64,000 nt of DNA from an uncultured Anaerolineales bacterium (lineage in GTDB: Bacteria > Chloroflexota > Anaerolineae > Epilineales > Epilineaceae): the NCBI GenBank assembly GCA_964651245.1, contig CAZYVI010000002.1:78484-142483 (forward strand). The letters run 5' to 3'. This document shows positions 32,075-41,768 of this stretch, in pieces. The first letter of the stretch is position 1; every line of letters starts with the position of its first letter. The translations under genes and the position numbers were made by a program. Below the pieces are notes generated by a model that worked only from the letters and a program-made list of their open reading frames with translations, made no database searches and was not told where the DNA came from.

Positions 32075-32719
32075 TCACTCAGGCGTCGCCTTGGCCCCCC
32101 CCAGATGCCCCATCCGCTCGATCTTCGCCCGCAGATAGGCCGCGTTCTCGGCCGTCTCGAAGTGGCCCAGCGGGACACGCTCGATGACGACCAGACCGTT
32201 GGCTTCGAGGCTGGCGACCTTGGCGGGGTTGTTCGTCAGGAGGCGGACCGAGCGGACGCCCAGGGCGTGCAGGATGGCGGCGGCCAGGGTGTAGTCGCGG
32301 TCGTCGGCGCCGTGGCCCAGGGCCAGGTTGGCGTCGACGGTGTCGAGGCCGTCGTCCTGGAGGTTGTAGGCGCGCAGCTTGTCGGCCAGGCCGATGCCGC
32401 GGCCCTCTTGGCGGAGGTAGACGATCACGCCGCGTCCCTCGGCTGCCACGAGCTCGATCGACCGCGCCAGCTGCGGGCCGCAGTCGCAGCGCAGGCTGCC
32501 GACGACCTCGCCGGTGAAGCACTCCGAGTGGACCCGCACCAGCACCGACGCCCCGTCGCCGAGGTCGCCGGCCACCAGCGCCAGGTGCTCCTTGTGGTCG
32601 ACGTCGTTGGCGTAGAGGCGCAGCTGGAACGCGCCGACGGCGGTCGGGATGCGCGCGTGGGTGATCTCGCGCACCGCCGGCAGCGCCGGCGCCGGACCGC
32701 CGACCGTGGGCGGCGGCAC
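32075..32719 (-). CDS. ribA: GTP cyclohydrolase II
   Basis: Zinc-finger Cys cluster HSECFTGEVVGSLRCDCG and motifs RQEGRGIGL and TNNPAK. GTG start overlaps the stop of the upstream M24 peptidase gene (TAGTG). Confidence 0.9.
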   Translation of the reverse strand: MPPPTVGGPAPALPAVREITHARIPTAVGAFQLRLYANDVDHKEHLALVAGDLGDGASVLVRVHSECFTGEVVGSLRCDCGPQLARSIELVAAEGRGVIVYLRQEGRGIGLADKLRAYNLQDDGLDTVDANLALGHGADDRDYTLAAAILHALGVRSVRLLTNNPAKVASLEANGLVVIERVPLGHFETAENAAYLRAKIERMGHLGGAKATPE

Positions 32720-33828
32720 TAGCCGCCCACCACCAGCAGCTCGCGCGACAGCGTCGACAGTGTCTCGGCGCCGTCGGAGGTGATCACGACGTCGTCCTCG
32801 AGCCGGACCCCGCCGACGCCGGGAATGTAGACACCCGGCTCGACGGTGAACGTCATCCCCGGCGCCAGCGGCGTCAGGCTGCCCTCGTTCATGTCCGGCT
32901 CCTCATGGCCCTCGAGGCCGAGGCCGTGGCCGGTGCGGTGGATGAAGAAATCGCCCAGCCCGGCGGCCGCGATGACCTGCCGCGCCGCGCGGTCGACGTC
33001 CTGGCCGGTCCCGCCCGGCCGCGCCGCCGCCCGGCCGGCCGCGTTGGCGGCGCGGACCGCGTCGTAGGCCGCCGCCAGCCGCGCGTCCGGCGCCGCGCCG
33101 GCGACGACGATGCAGCGCGTCAGGTCGGACGCGTAGCCGTCGACCGTCGCGCCCCAGTCGATCGTCACGACGTCGCCCGGCTCCAGCGCGCGCGCGCCGG
33201 CGCCGGCGTGCGGGTTGGCGCCGTTGGCGCCGGCGGCGACGATCGGCATGAACGGCAGCGCGCCCGATCCGGCGTTGAGGGTCTGCACCATGAGCTCGGC
33301 CGCCAGCTGCTGCTCGGTCACGCCCGGCCGAATGAACTCGAGCGTCGCCGCGAACGCCGCCTCGGCCACCGCGACGGCCCGCCGCATCGCCGCCAGCTCG
33401 GCGGCGTCCTTCGTCATCCGCAGCGCCGCGAACACGCCGTCGCCGTTCGTGACCGCCGGCGGCTGGCCGCACTTGGCCAGGGCGTCGAGCTCGAGGAACC
33501 GGATCCGCCGCCCCTCGACGCCGAGCCGCCGCCCGCCCAGCGCCAGCGCGTCCGCCGCCGCCGTCACCGCCGCGGCCGGCCCGTCGGCGTCGGCCCAGGC
33601 GTGGAGGTCGGCCGCGAACGGCAGGCCCTCGGCCTTCGTCCGTTCGAGCCCGGGCACGACGAATGCCGGCCGGCCGTCGCCCGGCACGATGAGCAGCGTG
33701 ATGCGCTCGCTCAAGTGGAAGTGGAGGCCGGTGAGGTAGACCAGGTTGGGACCCGGCACGACCGCCACGGCGTCGAGGCCGGCGGCGGTCGTCGCGGCCC
33801 GCAGGCGCGCCAGGCGCTCGGCGTGCAT
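32719..33828 (-). CDS. M24-family Xaa-Pro aminopeptidase / prolidase
   Basis: Pita-bread metal ligands (DWGATVDGYASD, HRTGHGLGLEGHE, EPGVY, RLED) in a protein of about 370 aa. Start MHAERL at 33826-33828 is preceded by GGAGGG. Confidence 0.85.
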   Translation of the reverse strand: MHAERLARLRAATTAAGLDAVAVVPGPNLVYLTGLHFHLSERITLLIVPGDGRPAFVVPGLERTKAEGLPFAADLHAWADADGPAAAVTAAADALALGGRRLGVEGRRIRFLELDALAKCGQPPAVTNGDGVFAALRMTKDAAELAAMRRAVAVAEAAFAATLEFIRPGVTEQQLAAELMVQTLNAGSGALPFMPIVAAGANGANPHAGAGARALEPGDVVTIDWGATVDGYASDLTRCIVVAGAAPDARLAAAYDAVRAANAAGRAAARPGGTGQDVDRAARQVIAAAGLGDFFIHRTGHGLGLEGHEEPDMNEGSLTPLAPGMTFTVEPGVYIPGVGGVRLEDDVVITSDGAETLSTLSRELLVVGG

Positions 33829-36692
33829 CAGCGGCCCTCCGCCTCGTCGGTCGGCGCGACGCCGACGCTCGTCCCGCCGGGCTCGCCGACCGCGTCGCCG
33901 TCCGCGGTCCGGACCGCCTTGGCCGGCTTCGCCTTCTTGCCCTGCTTGCCCTTCTTGCCCTGCGGATCCTTCTTGTCGCCCTTGACCTTCGACCGCTTGC
34001 CCTTCGCACCCCCGGTTTCCGACGCGGCGTCGCCGCCGGCCGCCGGCGCCGCCTGGGCTTGCAGCGTCTCGAGAGCGCCTTGCAGCCGTCGCAGGTCGGT
34101 GCGCAGCCCGTCGAGCTGGCGCTCGAGGCCGGCGACGCGCTCGTCGCCGCCGCGGCGGGCCTGGCCCAGCAGGCGGTCGACGACGAAGTGGTCCTGGGTC
34201 GGCTGGGAGGCGCGGTAGCGCTCGATGGCCGCCGCGCCGGCGCCCAGCGCCGCCAGGCCGCGCGCGGCGGCCGACTGGACGCGGTCGCTCGGATCGCGCA
34301 GCAGGTCCTCGAGGCGCTCGACGACCTGGGTCCGCTCGCGGCCGTCGCGCGGGCGGCTGGCGGCCCAGTCGGCCAGGGCGGCCACGGCGTGGAAGCGGGC
34401 GTCCTCGGGCGTCCGGCCGGGGAACGTCGCCTCGAGCAGCGGCGCGAACGCGGCGTCGGCGCGCGTCGCCGCCAGCCCGGCCAGCGCGCCGCCCTGGGTG
34501 TGGCCGGCGATGCGCACGGTGCGGCTGCCGGCGAGCAGGACGTCGATCGGCGCGGCCTCGCGCTGCGCGCCCAGGGCGCGGTAGGCTGCCGCGGCGGCCA
34601 TGGGCGGCAGGCCGGCGGCCAGGCGGTCCTGCACGGCCGCGGCCAGCGCGCCGTCGCGGACGGCGCCGGCGGCGTTCATGACCGCTGCCAGGACGCGCGG
34701 GTCGGCCTCGGCGGCCACGATCCGCACCAGCGCCGCGACCGCCGCCGCCGTGCCGGCCTTGCCCAGCGCCGCGGCCCACTCGATGCGGACCCCCCAGAAC
34801 GGCTCGCGCTCGTAGGCCGCCGCCACCGCCTCGATGCCGGCGCGCTTGCCGGCGGCGCAGAGCTCGCGGCCGGCCAGGATGCGGCCGACGACGTCGGGTG
34901 CGTCGGTCAGCTGGGCGCGCAGCAGGGCGTCGCCGGGGTTGAACGTCAACTTGTGGAGGATCGTGCCCTCGGGGTCGAACCGGACCATCGCCGGCGGCTT
35001 GGCCATGGGTACGACGACGGTGTGGCGGGCCTCGGTCAGCTTCACCGGGGCGGTGTGGTGGACGCCGTCGATCGTCCAGCCGACGTGGGTCGAGAGCGCG
35101 AAGACCGGCACGGCCGATGCGCCGTCGCCGTGCGCCGCCGGCCCAGCCGCGGCGCCGTCTTGCGCGCCGCTCTTGGCGTCGGCCGTCGGCGCCGCCTGGC
35201 GCTGCTCGATCGTGAACGTGCCCTGGCCGGCGTCGGCGTCGTGGCTGAACGTCACCTTGAGGTCGGGGTAGCCGGGGCTGTGGAACCACTGGTCGAAGAA
35301 CGCCCCGAGGCTCCGGCCCGAGACGCCCTCGAGCGCGGCGCGGAAGTCGTCGGTCTCGACGACGCCGCCGACGTGGCGCCGGACGTAGGCCTGGACGCCC
35401 TCCCAGAACAGCGCGTCGCCGAGCTCGCGGCGCAGCGTGTGCAGCCGGCAGGCGCCGCCGGGATAGAGGTGGCGGTCGTAGAGCTGCCACGAGCTGTTGA
35501 AGGTGCGGGCCACGATCGGGCGCATGTAGCGGTTGTCGGCCTCGTCCAGGTAGGCCTGGGCGTCGCGCCAGAACTGGTAGCGGCCCTCGTCGGCGCCGGC
35601 GACGTCGTCGAACCAGACCTGCTCCATGTAGGTCGCCCACGACTCCTTGAGCCAGGCGTGGGCGAAGTCGCGGCAGACGATCGCGTCGCCGAACCAGGCG
35701 TGGGCCATCTCGTGGACGTTGACGTCGTCGACGTTGCGCGTCAGCTCGAGGGCCAGCGTCTCGTCGAGGACGTAGCGGCCGTCCCACGTCACCAGCGAGA
35801 TGTTCTCCATCGCCCCGCCGATGCCCGGCAGCGCGATCTGGGCGTACTTGGGGTAGGGGTAGGGCGTCCCGAGCCGGTCGTTGAGCCAGCGCAGCATCGC
35901 GCCGGTGCGGCCGAACGAGCGGCGCAGGTCGTCGGGCGTGGCGGGCGCGACGCCGTAGTAGGCGATCGGGACGCCGTCGACCTCGCCGTCGTCGCAGCGG
36001 ACGAAGTCGCCGATCGCGAAGCACAGCAGGTAGCTCGGGCACGGCGCGTCGAGGCGCCAGTGGGCCGTCTTGCGGCCGTCGGGGTGGACGGTCTCGTCGA
36101 CGAGGGCGCCGTTGGCCAGGATCGTGAAGCGGGCGTCGGCGGTGAGCCGCAGGTCGAGCCGCGGGCGGGCGTTGGGCAGGTCGACGCACGGCAGCCAGTA
36201 GCGGGCGCGCTCGGTCTCGTGGTCGGACACGACGAACGTCGGCGCGTCGGGCAGTTCGGCCGTCGGGTGGCTGAAGAACAGGCCGGCGATCGGCTGCAGC
36301 GCGCGGTAGGCCACTGCCACGCGCCGGGCCTGGCCGCGCGCGACGCCCTCGGCCCAGCGGATGCGGATCGCCTGGCCGTCGTACGACCAGCGCACGGCGT
36401 GGCCGTCGGGGTCGCGCACGTCGAGGTCGCGCAGGTCGACGGCGTGCAGCGTCAGCTCGGCCGCGCCGTCGTGGCGGCTCGTCACCGTCGTCGTCGCCGT
36501 GCCGGCCACCGCCCGGCCGTGGATGTCGACCCGCAGCTCGAGGTCGAGGTGGACGGGCTCGAGCGGCAGGTCGGGCGGGAAGACCTTGGCCGCGCCGGGC
36601 AGCGTGAAGCCGTCGCCCGGGCCGTGCGACCGGGCGCAGGCGCAGGCATGGCCGAGCGCGTCGGCGGTGGCGTCGGTGGCGCGATAGGGCAT
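33828..36692 (-). CDS. M1-family aminopeptidase (PepN-like) with HEAT-repeat C-terminal domain and a Lys-rich tail
   Basis: GAMEN motif (GIGGAMEN), HEXXH-E motif (VHEMAHAWFGD ... LKESWATY), HEAT-like helical repeats, and a C-terminal KGKRSKVKGDKKDPQGKKGKQGKKAKPAK tail. Confidence 0.8.
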   Translation of the reverse strand: MPYRATDATADALGHACACARSHGPGDGFTLPGAAKVFPPDLPLEPVHLDLELRVDIHGRAVAGTATTTVTSRHDGAAELTLHAVDLRDLDVRDPDGHAVRWSYDGQAIRIRWAEGVARGQARRVAVAYRALQPIAGLFFSHPTAELPDAPTFVVSDHETERARYWLPCVDLPNARPRLDLRLTADARFTILANGALVDETVHPDGRKTAHWRLDAPCPSYLLCFAIGDFVRCDDGEVDGVPIAYYGVAPATPDDLRRSFGRTGAMLRWLNDRLGTPYPYPKYAQIALPGIGGAMENISLVTWDGRYVLDETLALELTRNVDDVNVHEMAHAWFGDAIVCRDFAHAWLKESWATYMEQVWFDDVAGADEGRYQFWRDAQAYLDEADNRYMRPIVARTFNSSWQLYDRHLYPGGACRLHTLRRELGDALFWEGVQAYVRRHVGGVVETDDFRAALEGVSGRSLGAFFDQWFHSPGYPDLKVTFSHDADAGQGTFTIEQRQAAPTADAKSGAQDGAAAGPAAHGDGASAVPVFALSTHVGWTIDGVHHTAPVKLTEARHTVVVPMAKPPAMVRFDPEGTILHKLTFNPGDALLRAQLTDAPDVVGRILAGRELCAAGKRAGIEAVAAAYEREPFWGVRIEWAAALGKAGTAAAVAALVRIVAAEADPRVLAAVMNAAGAVRDGALAAAVQDRLAAGLPPMAAAAAYRALGAQREAAPIDVLLAGSRTVRIAGHTQGGALAGLAATRADAAFAPLLEATFPGRTPEDARFHAVAALADWAASRPRDGRERTQVVERLEDLLRDPSDRVQSAAARGLAALGAGAAAIERYRASQPTQDHFVVDRLLGQARRGGDERVAGLERQLDGLRTDLRRLQGALETLQAQAAPAAGGDAASETGGAKGKRSKVKGDKKDPQGKKGKQGKKAKPAKAVRTADGDAVGEPGGTSVGVAPTDEAEGR

Positions 36693-36792
36693 GGGAGACT
36701 CCGGCGGGAAGGGGCGCGAAGGGCGCTATTATAGGCGGCGCGCCGCCGGCCCGCCGGCTGCTCGGCCCGCCACGCGCTCGGGGGATGCGACG

Positions 36793-37140
36793 ATGATCGA
36801 CCCGTCCAGCAACGACCTCCTCTACGCCGCCCTGGCCGGCGCCGCCAGCCTGGTGTGGCTGGTCGCGCTGACGATGGCGCTGCTGCGCTGGCGCGCCTTC
36901 GGGCAGCGCGCCGATCTGTGGTGGGCGCTGGACTTCGCCTGCCTCGCGTCGCTGGGCATGGGCTGGGCCTGGGAGGCCTGGTCGGCGCGCTCCGCGCTGG
37001 GTGTCGGATCGTCCGGCTCCGGCCCGGGCGCGCTGTCGGCAGCGGGCGGAGCGATGTCGCTGCTGTTCCACGGCGCGTTCCTCGCCGCCGCGGTCCTGGC
37101 GATCGTCGCCTACCGCGGCCGCGGCGCCGCCCTCGACTGA
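36793..37140 (+). CDS. small hypothetical membrane protein (about 3 TM segments)
   Basis: ATG at 36793 gives MIDPSSNDLLYAALAGAASLVWLVALTMALL. Hydrophobic profile only, with no recognisable motif. Confidence 0.3.
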   Translation: MIDPSSNDLLYAALAGAASLVWLVALTMALLRWRAFGQRADLWWALDFACLASLGMGWAWEAWSARSALGVGSSGSGPGALSAAGGAMSLLFHGAFLAAAVLAIVAYRGRGAALD

Positions 37141-37150
37141 GCGACGGCCG

Positions 37151-38284
37151 GTGGCCGACTTCGTCGCGACGCTGAGCGCGCAGCTCGAGCGCGACCGCGA
37201 GCGGCTCACGGCGGCGCTGCTGGGCGGCGCGCCGCGGGCGGCCGATCCGCTGCCGGCGTTCGTCGCCCGCCATTGGCACCCGCTGCCGCCGGCGCCCGGT
37301 GCGGCCGATTGGCCGGCGTACGCCGTCGACGGCAGCGTCGTCCAGGTCGACCTCGACGACGGCAGCTACCTCTTCGTGGTCCGGGCGCTGGCGCTGGGCG
37401 ACGGCGGCCAGGTGTGGCAGCGCGGCGGCGTCGAGATCCTGCCGCCCGCGACCGCCGCCTCGACCGCCAGCCGCTACGCCGACCTGCTGCAGCGCCAGCA
37501 CGAGATCGCCCTGGCGTGCGAGGTGGCGGGCGAGGCGGCGCCGGGCAGCGTCGTCTTCCTCGACGGCGCGCTGTACGGCTGGTTGCCGCAGCTCTACGCC
37601 CTGCCGGCCGAGGGCGTCGGCGCCGCCTACGGCCCCGAGCTGCCGGACGCGATCCTGGCCGGCTACCTCGAGCTGCTGGCCGCCGCCGCGGCGCGCGGGG
37701 TGCGGATCGTGGCCGTGGCCAAGACGAGCCGCGAGGCGGCCCACTGCGCCCTGTGGCGCGACCACGACGGCCGCGCCGACCTCGTCCTCCCCGATACCCT
37801 GACCGACTCGGCGTTGATCCACCGCCACACCGACGACCGCGCCGGCGTCTCGACGCCGGTGATCCTGGGCACGCGCGCCTTCAGCGGCGGGTCGCGAGCG
37901 ATCCTGGAGCGGCCGGCCGTTGCCGCCAGCCCGGCGATCGTCAGCTGCTTCGCCCGGCTCGCCGACCTTGACGACGCGCTGCGCATCGACGTCCCGGCTA
38001 CGCAGTGCGGCCTCGACGCCCGCCTGGCCGACGTGGCCGGCGAGCTGGGCGGCGCCGTCGTGCCCGACGGCCGGGCGGCCATCGCGCCGACGTTGGCGCT
38101 GCTGCGGGCCGAGTACGGCGGCCTGGCGGTCTACAACGCACTGCTTTACTCGGTCGACCGCGAGGTGCGCCTGCACCGCGCCACCGTCGCCGAGGTCTAC
38201 CTACCGATCGTCGAGCAGTCCCTGGGCCTCCGCGTCCGACTCGACCGCGCCGAGCGGCGCTTCGCCGGGGCGCGGTCGGCCTGA
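37151..38284 (+). CDS. NurA-like nuclease-domain protein (tentative)
   Basis: Motif AYAVDGSVVQVDLDDGSYLFVV resembles the NurA catalytic motif I (xxDGS), and the length is about 377 aa. The start is uncertain (GTG at 37151; the frame is open from 37001 and overlaps the small membrane ORF). No HerA-like ATPase is adjacent. Confidence 0.35.
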   Translation: MADFVATLSAQLERDRERLTAALLGGAPRAADPLPAFVARHWHPLPPAPGAADWPAYAVDGSVVQVDLDDGSYLFVVRALALGDGGQVWQRGGVEILPPATAASTASRYADLLQRQHEIALACEVAGEAAPGSVVFLDGALYGWLPQLYALPAEGVGAAYGPELPDAILAGYLELLAAAAARGVRIVAVAKTSREAAHCALWRDHDGRADLVLPDTLTDSALIHRHTDDRAGVSTPVILGTRAFSGGSRAILERPAVAASPAIVSCFARLADLDDALRIDVPATQCGLDARLADVAGELGGAVVPDGRAAIAPTLALLRAEYGGLAVYNALLYSVDREVRLHRATVAEVYLPIVEQSLGLRVRLDRAERRFAGARSA

Positions 38285-38361
38285 GCGGCGGCGTCCAGCC
38301 TGCTACCATTGGCCGCGGCGTCTCATCGCCGCCTCACCCGCCCCGCCTACCCTGGCGCGCC

Positions 38362-39171
38362 ATGGAGCGCCCCGTGCTGGACTGGCCGACCGCGTCCCCG
38401 GACGCCGACCGACCCGCTGCCCCCGCCGCCGCGTCGGACGGCCCGCCGCCGCCCGTCGTCGGCACGCTGCCGGCCGGGGCGGCGCCGCAGGCGTACGAGT
38501 GGATCGAGACGGGCGACGGCTGGGTGGCCGTCGACCGCAACGCCGCCGCGCCCGACCCCGGCGCCGCCGCGCCCGGCGGGACGGCCGACGACGACCCGCT
38601 GGCCGCGATCGCCGCGGCGATCCCGGCGCCGCCGCGGCGGCGCTTGCGGCGCGATATCGTCGAGGCGCTGGGGATGGCGCTGCTGCTCTTCCTGGGCATC
38701 CAGGCCGTCATGCGGCAGTTCATCGTCGAGAACATCAGCATGCTGCCGACGCTCGATCCCGGCGACCGGATCTTCGTCGACCGCGTCTCGTGGCGGCTCA
38801 CCTCGGAGCTGGCGCGGGGCGACGTCGTCGTCTTCCGCGCCTGGGACGAGGACAAGCTCTACGTCAAGCGGATCATCGGCCTGCCGGGCGACACCCTGGC
38901 GATGGCCGACGGCGAGGTCTTCGTGAACGGCGAGCGCCTCGACGAGCCGTACCTGGTCCAGCACGCCGACGAGTCGAAGCCGTCGACCGTCCTCGGGCCC
39001 GACGAGTACTTCGTCATGGGCGACAACCGGCCGAGCTCGGCCGACTCGCGGCTCCACGGCGCGGTCGAGCGGGCCGCGATCGTCGGCCGCGCCTGGGCCA
39101 TCTTCTGGCCGATCGACGACGTCGCCTGGCTCCACCGCACGCCGCGGCTCTACGCCGCGCCGGCGCCGTAG
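38362..39171 (+). CDS. lepB: signal peptidase I with a long, low-complexity N-terminal cytoplasmic extension
   Basis: Box B SMLPTL (Ser nucleophile), box D KRIIGLPGD (Lys) and box E GDNRPSSADSR, after a TM helix (IVEALGMALLLFLGIQAVM). Confidence 0.85.
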   Translation: MERPVLDWPTASPDADRPAAPAAASDGPPPPVVGTLPAGAAPQAYEWIETGDGWVAVDRNAAAPDPGAAAPGGTADDDPLAAIAAAIPAPPRRRLRRDIVEALGMALLLFLGIQAVMRQFIVENISMLPTLDPGDRIFVDRVSWRLTSELARGDVVVFRAWDEDKLYVKRIIGLPGDTLAMADGEVFVNGERLDEPYLVQHADESKPSTVLGPDEYFVMGDNRPSSADSRLHGAVERAAIVGRAWAIFWPIDDVAWLHRTPRLYAAPAP

Positions 39172-39327
39172 CGGTTCGGCGCGGCGGCCGCCCCGGCGGC
39201 GGCTCGCCCAGGCCGTCGGCAGGGGCGTGTTGACAGCCGCGCCGAGTCGCACCACTATATCCGGCCCCAGCGGGAACATCGCACCACAAGATGTATGCAC
39301 TGACCCGCTGCATGCCGGAGGAACCCC

Positions 39328-39816
39328 ATGAAGCCCGCCCTGGTGCTCTGCCTGGCCGTGGTCGCGACCGGCTGTTCGGCCGACGTCGCCGACGTCGACG
39401 ATCCCGGCCCGCAACGGCCGCCGTCGCTGGCCGTTCAGGGTCGCGTCGCCGCCGCCCCGCCGGCCGCCGCCCCGCCGCCCATCGCCCGCGCCCTGACCGC
39501 GCTGGCCGCGGCCGGCCTCGAGACCGCCGCGGCCGCGCCGGTGCGCGACCGCGGCTTGGCCAGCGACGTCTGCGAGCTCTGGTCGTTCCCGCTGCCGTCG
39601 GCCGCCGGCGCGCCGCCGCCGCAGGGCCGGGTGTTCCTGTGTGACGACGACGACGCCGCGCTCATCGCCGCCTACTACCAGGCCCGCCAAGCCGAGGCCG
39701 GCGCCGGCGGCGGGCCGTACCTGCACGTCGGCGAGGGCGGCGTCGTGGTACAGCTTGACGCCGGGCTGCCGGCGGACGCCCTGACGGCTTACTCGGCGGC
39801 GCTCGCGGCGCCCTGA
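39328..39816 (+). CDS. hypothetical lipoprotein
   Basis: GGAGG 8 nt upstream of the ATG. Signal peptide MKPALVLCLAVVATGCSA with lipobox ATGC. No recognisable domain. Confidence 0.5.
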   Translation: MKPALVLCLAVVATGCSADVADVDDPGPQRPPSLAVQGRVAAAPPAAAPPPIARALTALAAAGLETAAAAPVRDRGLASDVCELWSFPLPSAAGAPPPQGRVFLCDDDDAALIAAYYQARQAEAGAGGGPYLHVGEGGVVVQLDAGLPADALTAYSAALAAP

Positions 39817-40535
39817 CGGCCGCCGGCGGCGCGCTTGGGGCGCCGCGCCGCCTCGTCGGCGATGCGCGCGGGCGAGGCGGCCCAGCTGCAGATCGGGCAG
39901 GCGGCGAGGTCGTGGAAGCGGGCCGGGCAGCGGTCGCGGCCGAACTGGATGATCTGCAGGTGGAGCGCGATCCAGCGTTCCTGCGGGAACACGGCCTTGA
40001 GGTCGCGCTCGACCTGCTCGACCGACCGCCCGTCCGACAACCCCCAGCGCGTCGCCAGGCGGTGGATGTGGGTGTCGACCGGGAAGGCCGGGATGCCGAA
40101 GGCCTGGGCCATGACGACCGACGCCGTCTTGTGCCCCACCCCCGGCAGCGCCTCGAGTTCGGCGAACGTGCGCGGCACGACGCCGCCGTGGCGCTCGACG
40201 AGCAGCCGGGCGAGGCCGACGAGCGCCTTGGCCTTCTGCGGCGCCAACCCGACCTCGCGGATCAGCCCCTGCACCGTCTCGACGTCGAGCGCCGCCAGCG
40301 CCGCGGCGTCCGGCGCGCGGGCGAACAGGGCCGGCGTGACCTGGTTGACCTTCTTGTCGGTCGTCTGGGCGCTGAGGACGACGGCGACGAGCAGCGTGAA
40401 CGGGTCGGTGTGGTCGAGCGGGATCGGGACGGCCGGGTAGAGGTCGTCGAGGACCGCCTGGATGCGGGCGGCCTTGGCGCGCAGCGCCGGCGCCGGCGCC
40501 GGCGCTGCGTCGCTAGGCCGTGGCGAGCGCGGCAC
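39789..40535 (-). CDS. nth: endonuclease III (HhH-GPD DNA glycosylase with a [4Fe-4S] cluster)
   Basis: HhH-GPD motif (LPGVGHKTASVVM...D) and a C-terminal cluster CPARFHDLAACPICSW. Its 3' end overlaps the convergent lipoprotein gene by 28 nt. Confidence 0.9.
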   Translation of the reverse strand: MPRSPRPSDAAPAPAPALRAKAARIQAVLDDLYPAVPIPLDHTDPFTLLVAVVLSAQTTDKKVNQVTPALFARAPDAAALAALDVETVQGLIREVGLAPQKAKALVGLARLLVERHGGVVPRTFAELEALPGVGHKTASVVMAQAFGIPAFPVDTHIHRLATRWGLSDGRSVEQVERDLKAVFPQERWIALHLQIIQFGRDRCPARFHDLAACPICSWAASPARIADEAARRPKRAAGGRQGAASAAE

Positions 40536-41688
40536 GGGCGCCCTCGACGTTGGCGTGGATCTGGCCGATGTGCTCCCGCACGTGCTCGCCCGTGAACGCC
40601 AGCGACTCCACCAGCGCGCGCCGGATCGGCGGGCTCGGGTGGGCCTCGAACAGCTTCAGGGCCAGCGCCAGCGAGTCGCCGAGGTCGGCGACGAGGGCGT
40701 CGCGCAGCGCACCGATCGGGCGCTGGGCCAGGATGCTCTGCAGCGCCGTCTCGGGTCCGCCGGGCCACATCGCCGGCGGCTCTTCGGTGGCGCGGAGCAT
40801 CAGCGCCAGCTGGGCGTGCCGCTCCGAGACGATGAGGTGGCCGAGCACCTCGCGCACCGACCACTCGGCCGGCCCGGGCCGGAAGTCGGCCGCGTCATCG
40901 TCGATGCCGTCGAGCGCCTCGCGCAGCTCGCCGACAAGTGCGTCGTGCAGCTGCCGGAGGTCGCCGGGCGTCACGGCATCGCCCGTCGGCACGGCCGCCT
41001 CGGGCCGGCCGCCGAGCGTGACGTCGACGGTGTGCGTCTGGCCGTCGCGGACGAACGTCACCGCCAGCGTGTCGCCCGCGCTGTGGCGGCCGAGGATCGG
41101 CCCGAGGCCTTCCCAGCCCGCCACCGGCGCGTCGCCGAGCCGGACGATGACGTCGCCGTCCTTCAGCCCCGCCTTCTCGGCGCCGCCGCCCGGCACCGCG
41201 CCGCTGATGTGGGCGCCGTCCGCCGCGTCGAACGCGCCGAAGTTCGGGGCCACCCCGAGCATCGGCCGGCGGGCCAGCCGCGCGTTGCGGCCGGTCGTCA
41301 CGTGCACGGCCAGGTCGTCGAGCCGGCGCGTCCAGGCGGCGCGCACCGCCTCGGCGTCGTCATCGCCACCGCCGCCGACGGCCACGTCGACGCGGGTGCC
41401 GTCGCCGTCGGCCGTCAGCGTGAAGTCGGCGCGCTCGGTCTGCCCGTCGCCGTCGCGCACCGCCCAGCCCAGCCGGCCGGGCTTCTCGAACGCCGTCCAG
41501 TGGCCCTGCCAGGCCGTCCCGCCGGACTGCCGCAGCGAGACGCCGCCGCCCACGCGCCCCTGGACGAGGGCCTCGTCGCACAACCAATGGCCCAGGCCGT
41601 AGGGGCTGGCGATGGCGTCGGCGACGGCGGCCGGCGGGGCGGGGATGCGGCGGGTGAGGGTCAGCGTCGGTCCGGGCGAGTCGGTCAT
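40513..41688 (-). CDS. three-domain fusion: SRPBCC/AHSA1-like, PDZ, and a DinB/YfiT-like (DinB_2) helical-bundle metalloenzyme domain
   Basis: ATG complement of 41686-41688 gives MTDSPGPTLTLTRRIPAPPAAVADAIASP (AHSA1-like start). PDZ-like segment GAEKAGLKDGDVIVRLGDAPVAGWEGL...TLAVTFVRDGQTHTVDVTL. C-terminal His-containing helices (WSVREVLGHLIVSERH...EHVREHIGQI). Confidence 0.55.
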   Translation of the reverse strand: MTDSPGPTLTLTRRIPAPPAAVADAIASPYGLGHWLCDEALVQGRVGGGVSLRQSGGTAWQGHWTAFEKPGRLGWAVRDGDGQTERADFTLTADGDGTRVDVAVGGGGDDDAEAVRAAWTRRLDDLAVHVTTGRNARLARRPMLGVAPNFGAFDAADGAHISGAVPGGGAEKAGLKDGDVIVRLGDAPVAGWEGLGPILGRHSAGDTLAVTFVRDGQTHTVDVTLGGRPEAAVPTGDAVTPGDLRQLHDALVGELREALDGIDDDAADFRPGPAEWSVREVLGHLIVSERHAQLALMLRATEEPPAMWPGGPETALQSILAQRPIGALRDALVADLGDSLALALKLFEAHPSPPIRRALVESLAFTGEHVREHIGQIHANVEGARAALATA

Positions 41689-41768
41689 CGTCGGGAATCC
41701 CCCAGGGGTGTCGGGTCGGATGTCCATGGTGCACGGATGTTCGAGAACGGTCCAACGCTCCGCGCGGT

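Noticed and set aside
37001-37150. Upstream in-frame extension of the NurA-like ORF (MSDRPAPARARCRQ...)
   Set aside because: It overlaps the small membrane-protein ORF in another frame and is Arg/Cys-rich nonsense-like sequence. The start was placed at the first GTG after that gene's stop, but this remains uncertain.
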